The notes: generated from the sequence alone by a model not told the origin. A stretch of DNA of 63,604 nt, filler included, from Octopus bimaculoides (GCF_001194135.2; 6 parts of 6 records of this genome joined end to end with filler, not necessarily neighbours in it), one strand, 5' to 3'. Counted from the first letter of the whole stretch, positions 38,244 to 50,875 are shown. Translations and numbers: made by a program.

Positions 38244-38587
38244 CTGGTGGAGAAGAAGGAAATTGTGCATTGAATTTGAGAACAGAATATGGAGAGCCAT
38301 ACACACATATGCACACACGTGTACACACTTGAGCACACATGCACTCATACAAATACACGCAATAATATTGCTACTTATAACTTCACCTTTGAAGTTGCAT
38401 AGAGATTTATGTTAAAATCTGTCTGTCTGTCTAGGATTTATTTGCACTATAAATGATTATATGTGTATGTATGTATTTATGTATATGTATATGTATGTAT
38501 GTATGTATGTATATATATATATTTATGCGCTTGTATGTTTTACAAAGCATACAAGAACAGATATGTTTGTTTTCAGTATTTTATTAA

Positions 38588-38619
<32 letters not shown>

Positions 38620-38746
38620 NNNNNNNNNNNNNNNNNNNNNNNNNNNNNNNNNNNNNNNNNNNNNNNNNNNNNNNNNNNNNNNNNNNNNNNNNNNNNNNNN
38701 NNNNNNNNNNNNNNNNNNNNNNNNNNNNNNNNNNNNNNNNNNNNNN

Positions 38747-38892
38747 TTAAATTTAATTTGCCAAAATATTTTCGTCGCTTTGAGACCGCGACCTGTTCAC
38801 TGACAAAATTCTGTGCTGCAGCACGGAAATTTGTCAGTGAACAGGTCGCGGTCTCAAAGCGACGAAAATATTTTGACACAAATTAAATTTAA
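38747..38892. repeat. near-perfect palindrome (foldback), ~70-bp arms
   Basis: CAAAATATTTTCGTCGCTTTGAGACCGCGACCTGTTCACTGACAAAATT...GCTGCAGC...AAATTTGTCAGTGAACAGGTCGCGGTCTCAAAGCGACGAAAATATTTTG. The ORF track gives near-identical peptides on both strands. The left end abuts a gap. Confidence 0.9.
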
Positions 38893-39114
38893 ATGTTGAA
38901 GTGAATCTAACGGATTTTGTGTGTTATTTTAAATGGCTTATAAACACCTTCCATGCTGCAATTGTTTTCGTTCCAGCACACGATCTCAGATCAGGTCACT
39001 TGCTAGGCAAGTACATCTCCGTATTCGATACCACACTATAGTTCCTTGGACAAGTGGCTCGAATCATTAATAATTTGAGGGAATCTGATAGACAGAAACT
39101 GCATAGAAGCCCGT

Positions 39115-39178
<64 letters not shown>

Positions 39179-39417
39179 NNNNNNNNNNNNNNNNNNNNNN
39201 NNNNNNNNNNNNNNNNNNNNNNNNNNNNNNNNNNNNNNNNNNNNNNNNNNNNNNNNNNNNNNNNNNNNNNNNNNNNNNNNNNNNNNNNNNNNNNNNNNNN
39301 NNNNNNNNNNNNNNNNNNNNNNNNNNNNNNNNNNNNNNNNNNNNNNNNNNNNNNNNNNNNNNNNNNNNNNNNNNNNNNNNNNNNNNNNNNNNNNNNNNNN
39401 NNNNNNNNNNNNNNNNN

Positions 39418-39481
<64 letters not shown>

Positions 39482-39951
39482 GTGTGAACTAGTGCGTAAA
39501 GGTGTTGGTAAGTAATAGCTTAAGACTTAGTATAGACTTCTGTCTCTGTTAGGAACAACAAGGGTTCTTTATCAAATAGTTTGAAAGCAATGCTCCACCA
39601 TAGACACATGTATAATTCTGAGTGCATATGTGTTATTTCTTTACTACCCACAAGGGGCTACACACAGAGGGGACAAACAAAGACATATGTGTATTTGCGT
39701 TGTGCTTGTGCGTGTGTGTATACATTTATTCCACTTAAAACCAGAGATGTCTATACACGTAACTGTTCGGGAAATACACATGATATACTATGAACAAAAC
39801 TTAAAAATAAGTACTGGCTTCGAGAGCCTTGACTTAATCCTTGAAGCAGATGCCCCAGGATGGTCGCAATCCACTAATCAATAAAAGAGTAAACGAAATA
39901 ATAATGATAATTATAATAATAATAAGAAGAAGAAGAAGAAGAAGAAGAAGA

Positions 39952-40212
39952 CGTGTTTATTAATTGACATGAGTATTCCCTCTGATCATAATATAGCGGC
40001 GAAAGAATTTGACAAGATCAGTAAATATAAAGACTTGCTAATAGAAATTGAAAAAATGTGGCACCTCAAGGCGACTACCATACCAGTGATTGTAGGATCT
40101 CTAGGAATGATAAAAAAAAAGGTACTGAAAACTATTTGAAAATGATACCAGGCTTACCATCCCTACAGGAAGTGCAAAAAATCGTGCTAACTGGAACGAC
40201 TCATGTACTGAG
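39952..40212 (+). mobile_element. R4/Dong-like non-LTR retrotransposon 3' fragment (REL endonuclease), subfamily 1
   Basis: LLIDMSIPSDHNIAAKEFDKISKYKDLLIEIEKMWHLKATTIPVIVGSLG...QKIVLTGTTHVL; preceded by (TAA)n(GAA)n. Confidence 0.8.
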
Positions 40213-40420
40213 NNNNNNNNNNNNNNNNNNNNNNNNNNNNNNNNNNNNNNNNNNNNNNNNNNNNNNNNNNNNNNNNNNNNNNNNNNNNNNNNNNNNNNNN
40301 NNNNNNNNNNNNNNNNNNNNNNNNNNNNNNNNNNNNNNNNNNNNNNNNNNNNNNNNNNNNNNNNNNNNNNNNNNNNNNNNNNNNNNNNNNNNNNNNNNNN
40401 NNNNNNNNNNNNNNNNNNNN

Positions 40421-40456
<36 letters not shown>

Positions 40457-40458
<2 letters not shown>

Positions 40459-40930
40459 CGAGAAAGCAACCATACTCTGGGATATGCCAATACACACAGA
40501 TAGAGAAATTAAGGCCAATAGGCCAGATATAGTTGTCAAAGATCATGAAGGGAAAAATGCTTTCTAATTGATATATCAATACCAGCAGATGACAACGTTT
40601 CCCTAAAAGAAATGGAGAAATTTTAAAAATACAAAGACCTGGAAATAGAAGTAACTCGAATGTGGAATCTAAAAACAGAAACAATTCCTATCATAGTAGG
40701 TGCCTTAGGTATAATAAAAAAATATTCAGACAAATACATAACAAAAACACCAGGACTTACAAATATATATAACACACAAAAAATTGAACTACTGGGCACT
40801 GCACACACCCTACGCAAAACACTTTCAATATAGTAACCATAAGAGCATCACAGCAAACCACAGCACATACCCAAGGCACACAGAGCTGCGCTCGGTAGTG
40901 AAGTGAAAGCACGTTATAAAAATAAAACTA

Positions 40931-40934
<4 letters not shown>
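40457..40934 (+). mobile_element. R4/Dong-like 5'-truncated element (REL endonuclease plus 3' UTR) embedded in (TAA)n, subfamily 2
   Basis: ILWDMPIHTDREIKANRPDIVVKD...FLIDISIPADDNV..KE.EK.*KYKDLEIEVTRMW...IPIIVGALG...GTAHTLRKTLSI*; (TAA)n on both flanks. Confidence 0.88.
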
Positions 40935-40975
<41 letters not shown>

Positions 40976-42524
40976 TTTTTTTATCGACCGTCTTACGAAC
41001 AACGTGATAATGTCAATTTTTCGTAATCGATAGAGTTTTATTGCCAGAGTGTAACATGCATACACGGAAGCAAAATAATGTTTATGCATACACAAAATAC
41101 AAAAGGTTCGATTTAGCAGACGGCAGTTAATTTCACTAAAGAGCATACGTTAACGGATTGACGATTTAAAAATAATACATAAATGAAAAACTACACCCTT
41201 CGCCTTCCCTACCTTCATTAGCCAATATCTCTACTGATGCCCAATCCCGCCACCTCATCGATATAATATCTACTATAGATTTCAGTATCTATTATTCATG
41301 TATACATGAATGCACGCTTGATTATATACCTGTAAATTGCTTACTTTTTCTCCTACCTCTCACTGCTATTACGTTCTCGTACTTCTTTTTTTTCACTTTC
41401 TCCCTCTGCTTTCGGTTGTCCCTTCAACAAATCATTTAGTTGCATAACATAAAAGCTTTCCCTTTCTACTCCCCTGCCATGCTGCAGCATTCTCCTTAAA
41501 TAAATACTTCTCTTTGCTTTGTCTTTCGGTCGCTTTATCTTTCGGTCGCTTTACCTTGTTTTCAACTAACCACTTCGCCGTGTAACAAACGGATGTATAC
41601 AAGCAGAAAAAATTTATTGATATTAGAGTGAAATATCTATAATATGATATAGTCTTTCATGAAAACACAGCGTAACTATAAGGTTCACGCTTGGTTAATC
41701 ATAAGAAACCGCCACACAAAATTTAACCAGCTAAAAGAATATCTATAACATATAAGTTATTAGTATGTGGAGTCTTTTTCACTATGCCCAGGGTTTAAAA
41801 AATTCTAAACGACACAACTCATCATACATTAATATTATTAGAGATTGGTTATTTCCGTTGGATGGTTAGAAATTCAGAAAGGGCACACACACACACACGC
41901 GCGCGCGCGCGCGCGACTATGTAATATAATGAAGGCAATAAAAATATATATAAACTATGATTAAGGGGAGAAAGGAAAGGAAAAAGGAAAATGGGGATAA
42001 AAAAAATTTGCAATATGAAAAAATTATAACATTCAGACAAACTAAATTTATTGTGGTTAACTCTCGTTGCATAATCACAAACGCATTCTCTCGGTGAAAT
42101 CATTATACACGAAGCAGACGTCACTTCCACTAAATTACTTAAAGAAGTGAAATGGTAGATAAATTTAAAAAGCAGTCCATAATTTCTCATGAACAATCAC
42201 ACATTCTTTTGTCTCCTCTAATCGCAAACTCGCTGATAGATATCCAATAGAAGTAGAATCATATATATATATATANNNNNNNNNNNNNNNNNNNNNNNNN
42301 NNNNNNNNNNNNNNNNNNNTTAATTAATTAANNNNNNNNNNNNNNNNNNNNNNNNNNNNNNNNNNNNNNNNNNNNGTGTGTGTGTGCGTGCGTGTGTGCG
42401 TGTGTGTCCGTGTTTGTGGGGGAGGATTCTTACCGGAAAGCTTTCGTTCCAAGCAGATTACAATAAGCGGCTTTCAATATATCTAATGTCTGTTTGATGA
42501 TTTGTTTGTGGTCAGTATTGTTGC

Positions 42525-42592
<68 letters not shown>

Positions 42593-42794
42593 TTGCTGCT
42601 GCTACTGTTGTTGTTGTTGTTGTTGCTGCTGCTGCGGCTACTATTGTTGTTGTTGTTGTTGTTGTTATTGATGTTGTTCGACCCCATTTCCGCTGTAAAG
42701 GAGCAAGCAGACCTCTGATTAAAAAGAGGTCAACAGTGATCATCTCATTTATTTTGCCGGCATTGTCTAACTGATATCGGATAATCCAACGTAC

Positions 42795-42853
42795 CTTTTC
42801 TTCTTTTTTGTTAGGGTTTAATTTGAGGGATATTAGCCTGTTAGATCTATCAA
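42795..42853 (-). CDS. candidate exon of an unidentified gene
   Basis: tttcttttgtgttggcttctgtag acceptor and AAG|GTACGT donor; xDRSNRLISLKLNPNKKEEK in phase 1, or LIDLTG* if terminal in phase 0. Confidence 0.3.
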
Positions 42854-43605
42854 CTACAGAAGCCAACACAAAAGAAACCACATTGGTGGTTTTGCTGTGC
42901 TGAGTTTATTTGGGTGACTTACAATGTTGCTAAAAAGTGGGGTGTAAAATGAAAGAAGTACAATGAAATTAAAGAAAAGTATAGCCTTGATGAAAAGGTC
43001 TGTGGCTGACTAGAAAGAAAACATTGTAAGGCGTTATCGCAACAAGTAGGCCATGCTAACGTTCTGATTTTAAAATCCGCCAAGGTTAACTTTATCTTTG
43101 TCGATAAGATAAATATACGAGACAGAAATGGAATTGTGTTAAATCTTAATGGCCTATACTGTCCTTAAGACTTGATAATTTGTGTAAAAATTCGTTATTG
43201 AAAATAGGCAAAAAAAAAAGTGTTGAATCAGCAGTATTGGAGGTGTTGTTGTCGTTGGTGNNNNNNNNNNNNNNNNNNNNNNNNNNNNNNNNNNNNNNNN
43301 NNNNNNNNNNNNNNNNNNNNNNNNNNNNNNNNNNNNNNNNNNNNNNNNNNNNNNNNNNNNNNNNNNNNNNNNNNNNNNNNNNNNNNNNNNNNNNNNNNNN
43401 NNNNNNNNNNNNNNNNNNNNNNNNNNNNNNNNNNNNNNNNNNNNNNNNNNNNNNNNNNNNNNNNNNNNNNNNNNNNNNNNNNNNNNNNNNNNNNNNNNNN
43501 NNNNNNNNNNNNNNNNNNNCCGCCAGAACTGACTTTGGTGTTTATAATTCTGCCCGGTAATTGAAACAGAAATTCGAAATAATAATAATGATGATAATGA
43601 TGATG

Positions 43606-43684
<79 letters not shown>

Positions 43685-43860
43685 TAACAGTAACAATAAT
43701 GTCCCTTTTTGGAAAACTGAATCTCGAAGCAAATAACTTTACAAATAGTAGTATATGGGTTGATAAACTCCCTTGAAAAGAAAAATCGAAAAACTCCTGT
43801 CATGTATACAGATGTTGGTTCGTATTCGACGAGCAGCCTTGGAATTTTTCTCGTTATATA

Positions 43861-44040
43861 CTGTGCATGCGCACTAAGTTTTAACGTTATAGCTCACTTC
43901 CGCTGTTTACAGCAGTGCTGAAAGGAAGGTGAGTAGCGTGTGATCGTCGTATTGAGCATGACAGAGAAAGTTGAGCAGAGAATCTGCATCAAATTTTGCC
44001 AATGGCTTGACGATTCCTGCTCAGAGGCCTACACAAACTT
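43861..44040 (+). mobile_element. second mariner 5' fragment, same family, inverted
   Basis: Matches the reverse complement of 44400-44560; MTEKVEQRICIKFCQWLDDSCSEAYT. Confidence 0.85.
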
Positions 44041-44661
44041 TTCAAAAAGTTTTCATCGTTTTCGACACAATTAAAGAGATCTTGTGCAACTGAAACCCGA
44101 GTGTCCTTTTGGTCAGCTGAAAGTGGTTTGGGCACAAAATTTGGCAGACACGGGTCGCATACCCAAATCTTCAATAATGCACTGAACTGAACCGTAACTA
44201 ATTTGCACATCATCTGATAACTCACAGATGGTGATTCGACGATTTCCCCTCACAGATGCACACATATCTGCGATGTTTTTCTCAGTTCTGCTGGTTGCAG
44301 GTCTCCCAGAACGTTCGTCAATATCGACATTTTTTCGGCTATCTTGGAAACATCTGAACCACTCGTACACTTGTGTGCGGATCATACACTCCTCTCCATA
44401 CACTTTCTGCAACTTTACGTAGGCCTCTGAGCAGGTATCACCATGACAACTTTCTCTGTCATCATCAATGCGACGATCACACGCTAAAGACCTTCCTTCC
44501 AAGCACTGCTATAAACAGCAGAACGTTAGTGAGCTACAACGTTAAAACTTAGTGCGCGTGCACAGCAGAGTCCAAGGCCAATCTTTGCCAAGCAGCTTTA
44601 CTCTGCGTGCTTTAGCTTCGTTACTATGGCAACAGTCCGGATACTTATTCATCAGACCTAG
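44040..44661 (-). mobile_element. mariner (Tc1/mariner) transposon 5' half, decayed
   Basis: TA + CTAGGTCTGATGAATAAGTATCCGG terminus; transposase HTH region TCSEAYVKLQKVYGEECM.RTQVYEWFRCF...RSGRP...RRITICEL and SAKFVPKPLSADQK (WVP-like motif). Confidence 0.9.
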
Positions 44662-45073
44662 TAAGACCTTAGTCTTATCTGAAAAGAGAAATGATGCTCG
44701 TGGGAAGGGATGCAGGTGACACCTTTATAGGTGTTAACAGAGAACTAAAAGTTCATCTGAGCAATGGCTTGCGGAAATACTTATAGAAAGGGTACAACGA
44801 AGATAAATTCCGATTCTATGTACTTTAAGGGATTTCTCTAGAAATTTCAAAGATATGGAACGAAAATTTAAAAAAAAAGAAAACAAACAGAAAAAGAGAA
44901 CAAAAGTCGAAAGAATTTTTTAGCGCATTATTGGCTCCAACCTAAAAATCTTAGAATTTCTGATAATGACACTGATTCTCCATGTTGAAGCTGGTCTTGA
45001 AGCGAACATATATAACATTTTATCTTCGCCATACTTTACCGCTGGCTTTTGGCCAGAAATCAATAAAACATAC

Positions 45074-45111
45074 TTGGCAAGCCAGAAAGATTCTTCGTTT
45101 TCTTCTCTCGT
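45074..45111 (-). CDS. candidate 38-nt exon of an unidentified gene
   Basis: ttgcag acceptor and CAA|GTATGT donor; all three frames are open (xERRKRRIFLACQ, TREENEESFWLA, REKKTKNLSGLP). No homology recognised. Confidence 0.3.
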
Positions 45112-45168
45112 CTGCAATACACACACATACATATTATATATATATAATGTGTGTGTGTGTATGTGTGT

Positions 45169-45225
<57 letters not shown>

Positions 45226-45586
45226 CACACATATATACACGCGTACACTCACATATACCCATACGTTTTATTTGCATTTTCTTTCTGAAAGTTTCTCTTT
45301 TTTACGTGTTTTGTTTTTTAGTCTGTACCTTTTCGGTTCATCTTTTTTTTATTATTTTATCTATTTATTTTTGTTGTTTAATTTCAAAATTTATATATTT
45401 ATTTATCTATTTGTAGTTTGTAGCTAGNNNNNNNNNNNNNNNNNNNNNNNNNNNNNNNNNNNNNNNNNNNNNNNNNNNNNNNNNNNNNNNNNNNNNNNNN
45501 NNNNNNNNNNNNNNNNNNNNNNNNNNNNNNNNNNNNNNNNNNNNNNNNNNNNNNNNNNNNNNNNNNNNNNNNNNNNNNNNNNNNNN

Positions 45587-46194
45587 GGTGGTGGTGGTGG
45601 TGGTACTGAATTATACTTGTTGTTTCTGCTGTTGGTGGTGGCAGTGGTGGCGGAGGAAGACGGGGGGGAGGAGAAAGAGGATGAGATATTGTTCTTCCTG
45701 TTGTTTTTATTGTTGCTGTTATCGTTAACGTTGAAGGGGGAGGTGAACTCGTTGCTGTTATTATAGTGACTGATGATGGTGATATTGATGATGATGGTGA
45801 ACATGATGACGATGATGGCGGTGGTGGTGATGACGGTGGTGATGATAACGATGATGATGATGCTGGAGTTACACTTATTACACCCCATGTGCAACCAGGT
45901 GCAATGATGCTGTTGGTGCACCACCATCCACGTGGTAGACTTAGCGATGTCCACAGTGAGCGGGCCTGCAGGAGGTTGAACCTGTGGTCATTGTGGTTAA
46001 ACTATTGTTAATAGTGGTGGAGGTGGTGGTCGTCGTCGTGCTGGTCAACGTGGTGGTGGCTGTGGTTGAAGTTGCAGTTGTGGTAGCGGTGGCAGTTGTG
46101 TTAGTAGTGGCGGCTGTGGTAGTAGTGGTGGTGATGGTGGTGGTGCTGGTGGTGGTGGTGGTGGTGGCGGTAGTGAGAGAGTGAGGGTAATTGT
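45587..46194 (-). repeat. cryptic (CAC/CAT/CAA) trinucleotide low-complexity region; possible Ser/Pro/Thr-rich exon
   Basis: One minus frame is open for ~138 codons (NDHRFNLLQARSLWTSLSLPRGW...SSPPSSPPPP...PPRLPPPPLPPP) up to a gap; both ends are bounded by N. Confidence 0.4.
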
Positions 46195-46824
46195 NNNNNN
46201 NNNNNNNNNNNNNNNNNNNNNNNNNNNNNNNNNNNNNNNNNNNNNNNNNNNNNNNNNNNNNNNNNNNNNNNNNNNNNNNNNNNNNNNNNNNNNNNNNNNN
46301 NNNNNNNNNNNNNNNNNNNNNNNNNNNNNNNNNNNNNNNNNNNNNNNNNNNNNNNNNNNNNNNNNNNNNNNNNNNNNNNNNNNNNNNNNNNNNNNNNNNN
46401 NNNNNNNNNNNNNNNNNNNNNNNNNNNNNNNNNNNNNNNNNNNNNNNNNNNNNNNNNNNNNNNNNNNNNNNNNNNNNNNNNNNNNNNNNNNNNNNNNNNN
46501 NNNNNNNNNNNNNNNNNNNNNNNNNNNNNNNNNNNNNNNNNNNNNNNNNNNNNNNNNNNNNNNNNNNNNNNNNNNNNNNNNNNNNNNNNNNNNNNNNNNN
46601 NNNNNNNNNNNNNNNNNNNNNNNNNNNNNNNNNNNNNNNNNNNNNNNNNNNNNNNNNNNNNNNNNNNNNNNNNNNNNNNNNNNNNNNNNNNNNNNNNNNN
46701 NNNNNNNNNNNNNNNNNNNNNNNNNNNNNNNNNNNNNNNNNNNNTATATATACATATATATATATACATATATACATATATACATATATACATATATTTA
46801 CATATATATGTATATATATATATG

Positions 46825-46864
<40 letters not shown>

Positions 46865-46880
46865 TATATATATATATATA

Positions 46881-46924
<44 letters not shown>

Positions 46925-48739
46925 TGTATATTCACACAGATACATACATACACACCAATATATGCATACATGTATGTATGTATGTATGGATAGATAGATA
47001 TGTGTGTATGTATGTATACTGATAACAAAGGTCACGTTAACCTTGCCAATAAGTTTCTTGTACAGACTTGATGGTCTGACTTTGTTTTATAAATAGTTAA
47101 TCACTTTTGCTTCTAGACAAGAAGAATTAGCACTGGGCGGATGAAGAGACATTCACACACTTCCTTATGGCAGTGGTTCCCAAATATATTTTCTCAAGGA
47201 ATCCTTACGTGATTTTTCTAAAGTTACCGAACGGAAATTTCATACTCTGTTACATTGCTAATTGCTGTCAGTCATTGGACTGCGGCCATGAAAGAGCACC
47301 GCTTTGCAAGGTTTAGTAGAACGAACCGACTCAGTTATTTAAAATTTAAATTTGATACTTATTCTATTGGTCACTTTTGTCGAACCGCTACAATTCGGGA
47401 CGTTAATAAACCAATCCCGGTAAAACGATGGGTGGAGAAACGCACGCACACGCATACACTCACATACATACATACATACATACATACATACATACACACA
47501 TACATACATACATACATATATGCATGCATGCATACACACATGCACACACACACACACACATATATGTATANNNNNNNNNNNNNNNNNNNNNNNNNNNNNN
47601 NNNNNNNNNNNNNNNNNNNNNNNNNNNNNNNNNNNNNNNNNNNNNNNNNNNNNNNNNNNNNNNNNNNNNNNNNNNNNNNNNNNNNNNNNNNNNNNNNNNN
47701 NNNNNNNNNNNNNNNNNNNNNNNNNNNNNNNNNNNNNNNNNNNNNNNNNNNNNNNNNNNNNNNNNNNNNNNNNNNNNNNNNNNNNNNNNNNNNNNNNNNN
47801 NNNNNNNNNNNNNNNNNNNNNNNNNNNNNNNNNNNNNNNNNNNNNNNNNNNNNNNNNNNNNNNNNNNNNNNNNNNNNNNNNNNNNNNNNNNNNNNNNNNN
47901 NNNNNNNNNNNNNNNNNNNNNNNNNNNNNNNNNNNNNNNNNNNNNNNNNNNNNNNNNNNNNNNNNNNNNNNNNNNNNNNNNNNNNNNNNNNNNNNNNNNN
48001 NNNNNNNNNNNNNNNNNNNNNNNNNNNNNNNNNNNNNNNNNNNNNNNNNNNNNNNNNNNNNNNNNNNNNNNNNNNNNNNNNNNNNNNNNNNNNNNNNNNN
48101 NNNNNNNNNNNNNNNNNNNNNNNNNNNNNNNNNNNNNNNNNNNNNNNNNNNNNAAATTGTAAATCCAAAAAATAACAACAAAACTACAAAGGATTCCGCG
48201 GTACACGTGTTTCAAGCTTTATATGTGTATAATATAATATGTGTATAATTTACAATGTAAAGCTATCCTCAGCCGCAAAATTATTCCTCTCCCAGGAAAT
48301 TATACCACCTCGGCGTTGAAGTAGGAAGAAAGGTGTGATGTAAGAGGTGAAGATCCTTTCGGTATTCTATATATATATATACGAGTGTGACAAACGAAAG
48401 AAGGGCACTCGACAGATTTGTTGGAAGTTGCATGTATGGAGCGAAACAGCTTGATTCAAATTCGTTGGTACTTTTGTGTTTCAAGCGCGATGGTAGTCGT
48501 CAGCCAAATTCAAAATGTCCAGCGTCACGCTTGAAACTCAAGAGTACGAACGAATTTGAATCAAACCTTTTATTCCTGGCCCCTTGCCCCATAAATTTTG
48601 TATCTGACTGAAAAATTCGATTTGTATGCCGCAAAATACAGTATGCAGGAGACCCAATATTGCCGCTCCCATAAAAGGGTCACCGAGAGTGTGTTGGCAC
48701 ACTTCAGCCTCGCCACCGCTATCAGCCGAAGCTTCTAAG

Positions 48740-49040
48740 CTGGAAATTCTCAACTGTGGTCTATATGGCCCCTAGGGGGTCTACGCAACAAAATAGTAAA
48801 TTAGGGGTCCTTAATAGCATTTTAAGGTACCCTGAAAAAATTTGATTTCGTTGTATGTATTGCAACAAACAGCTAGGTTTCTTTCTCTAACATTTTACAA
48901 AGTTCAACCGAGTTAATGTACGAAAAACAAAATAGGAATGTTGAAAGAAGTTTGTATAAAACATCAAATGTCTATGGAGGCCCACTAGAAAAAAATAGTA
49001 CGTAAAGGGGTCCCTAGATAAGAAATTGTTGAGAACCCCT
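48740..49040. mobile_element. older degenerate hAT-type MITE related to 54231-54527
   Basis: TTCTCAACTGTGGTC...GGGGGTC at the start and AAAGGGGTCCC...TTGTTGAGAACCCCT at the end; TCTAAGC-like flanks. Confidence 0.55.
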
Positions 49041-49137
49041 CTAAGCCAACACTGGCACAGCAACTACAGTAACACAGACGACCTGTCTATCATTAATCAC
49101 GCTACAACTGGCACCTATACTGACACCGCCTACCACC

Positions 49138-49227
49138 ATGAATTCAACTATTCTTCTCATCTGTACCATCGTTGTGCTTGTAACCTTGGGATACGGAAAG
49201 AAAAAACTACTGAAATTAGCAGCTTAA
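49138..49227 (+). CDS. 29-aa small ORF resembling a signal peptide or single-pass micropeptide
   Basis: ACCACCATG Kozak-like context; MNSTILLICTIVVLVTLGYGKKKLLKLAA*. Confidence 0.3.
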   Translation: MNSTILLICTIVVLVTLGYGKKKLLKLAA

Positions 49228-49274
49228 ATATGCTCTGCGTATGGTATGCTGATAATATATACATCTCGGCATTA

Positions 49275-49588
49275 GAGACCCCCTTCGGTCATGACCGACC
49301 ATGGGATTGCACTTAGAAAGTTATCCTCCCAGGGACAAGTCCGGGCAAGGTTGTTTATGGAAGACCAGCAGTTGCCCATGCATACCGGCCTCCCATCTCC
49401 ACGCCACCAGTGTTATCCAAGGGAAGGGCAAAGCCCGATACAGCTTGGCACCTGTGACATCGCAAATCATTTCTACGGCTTAGTGAAATAAAGTGTCTTG
49501 ATCAAGAACACAACACGCAGCCCGGTCCGGGATTCGAACTCACAACCTCGTGATCATAAGCCCGACGCTCTAACCACTGAGCCATGCG
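49275..49588 (-). mobile_element. tRNA-headed SINE of a further family
   Basis: The minus strand begins GCATGGCTCAGTGGTTAGAGCGTCGGGC...GTGAGTTCGAATCCCGGACC (A and B boxes), followed by a non-tRNA body. Confidence 0.75.
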
Positions 49589-49734
49589 TCATCACTCATA
49601 TATACATACATATATATATATATATACTTACATACATCCATACAGACTAACATGCAGGCATGTATACATACGTACGTACATAAATATCCATATACATGCA
49701 TATACATATATACACTTATATATACACATATATA

Positions 49735-49783
<49 letters not shown>

Positions 49784-49813
49784 GTATACATATACACATA
49801 TATACATATATAT

Positions 49814-49854
<41 letters not shown>

Positions 49855-50125
49855 AGAGAGAGAGAGAGAGACCCACACACACATGCAGAAATACATATGT
49901 ATACATACATGCATGCATACACACACACATGCATATATATGTATGTATATATATATATGTGTATATAAAATGATACCTGTCGACGGTTGATGAGGAGAAT
50001 AACCTGCAGTGCGAGCTACATGTGTGTGTGTCTGTGTTTCTGTGTGTATGCGTGCATGCATATGCATAAAAATACATACATACATGCTGTTGCTTCGAGT
50101 AGATTGAAGCAGTACGCACACACAC

Positions 50126-50165
<40 letters not shown>

Positions 50166-50828
50166 GCACAGACGCACACATACTCACGCACGCTTACGCA
50201 CACACACAGACTTGCATATATATATTTTAATACACATGTAACTTCACTTATTTAACCTAGACAGACATACGATTGTCTGCATGCGCATGCGTGACCTCAA
50301 CAGTTATAGCTTGCAGGTATGCGAATATCTATTTGCATTTAGACATTCTTATACNNNNNNNNNNNNNNNNNNNNNNNNNNNNNNNNNNNNNNNNNNNNNN
50401 NNNNNNNNNNNNNNNNNNNNNNNNNNNNNNNNNNNNNNNNNNNNNNNNNNNNNNNNNNNNNNNNNNNNNNNNNNNNNNNNNNNNNNNNNNNNNNNNNNNN
50501 NNNNNNNNNNNNNNNNNNNNNNNNNNNNNNNNNNNNNNNNNNNNNNNNNNNNNNNNNNNNNNNNNNNNNNNNNNNNNNNNNNNNNNNNNNNNNNNNNNNN
50601 NNNNNNNNNNNNNNNNNNNNNNNNNNNNNNNNNNNNNNNNNNNNNNNNNNNTCTCTCTTTCTTTTTCTTTCTGGCTGTCTGACTGTCTGTCTGTCTCTCT
50701 CTCTTTCTTTTTTTCTTTTTCTTTCTGTATCTCTCTTTCTCTCACCCTCCTTGCATATGTGTGTGTATCATTATGTTTTTAATTTATATTAGCCCTTGTG
50801 GCCAATAAAACAAGAATCAATTCTTATT

Positions 50829-50875
<47 letters not shown>

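Noticed and set aside
49570-50241. His/Thr/Tyr/Ile or Cys/Val-rich ORFs here and many similar ones elsewhere
   Set aside because: Translations of (CA)n, (TA)n and (TATG)n microsatellites.
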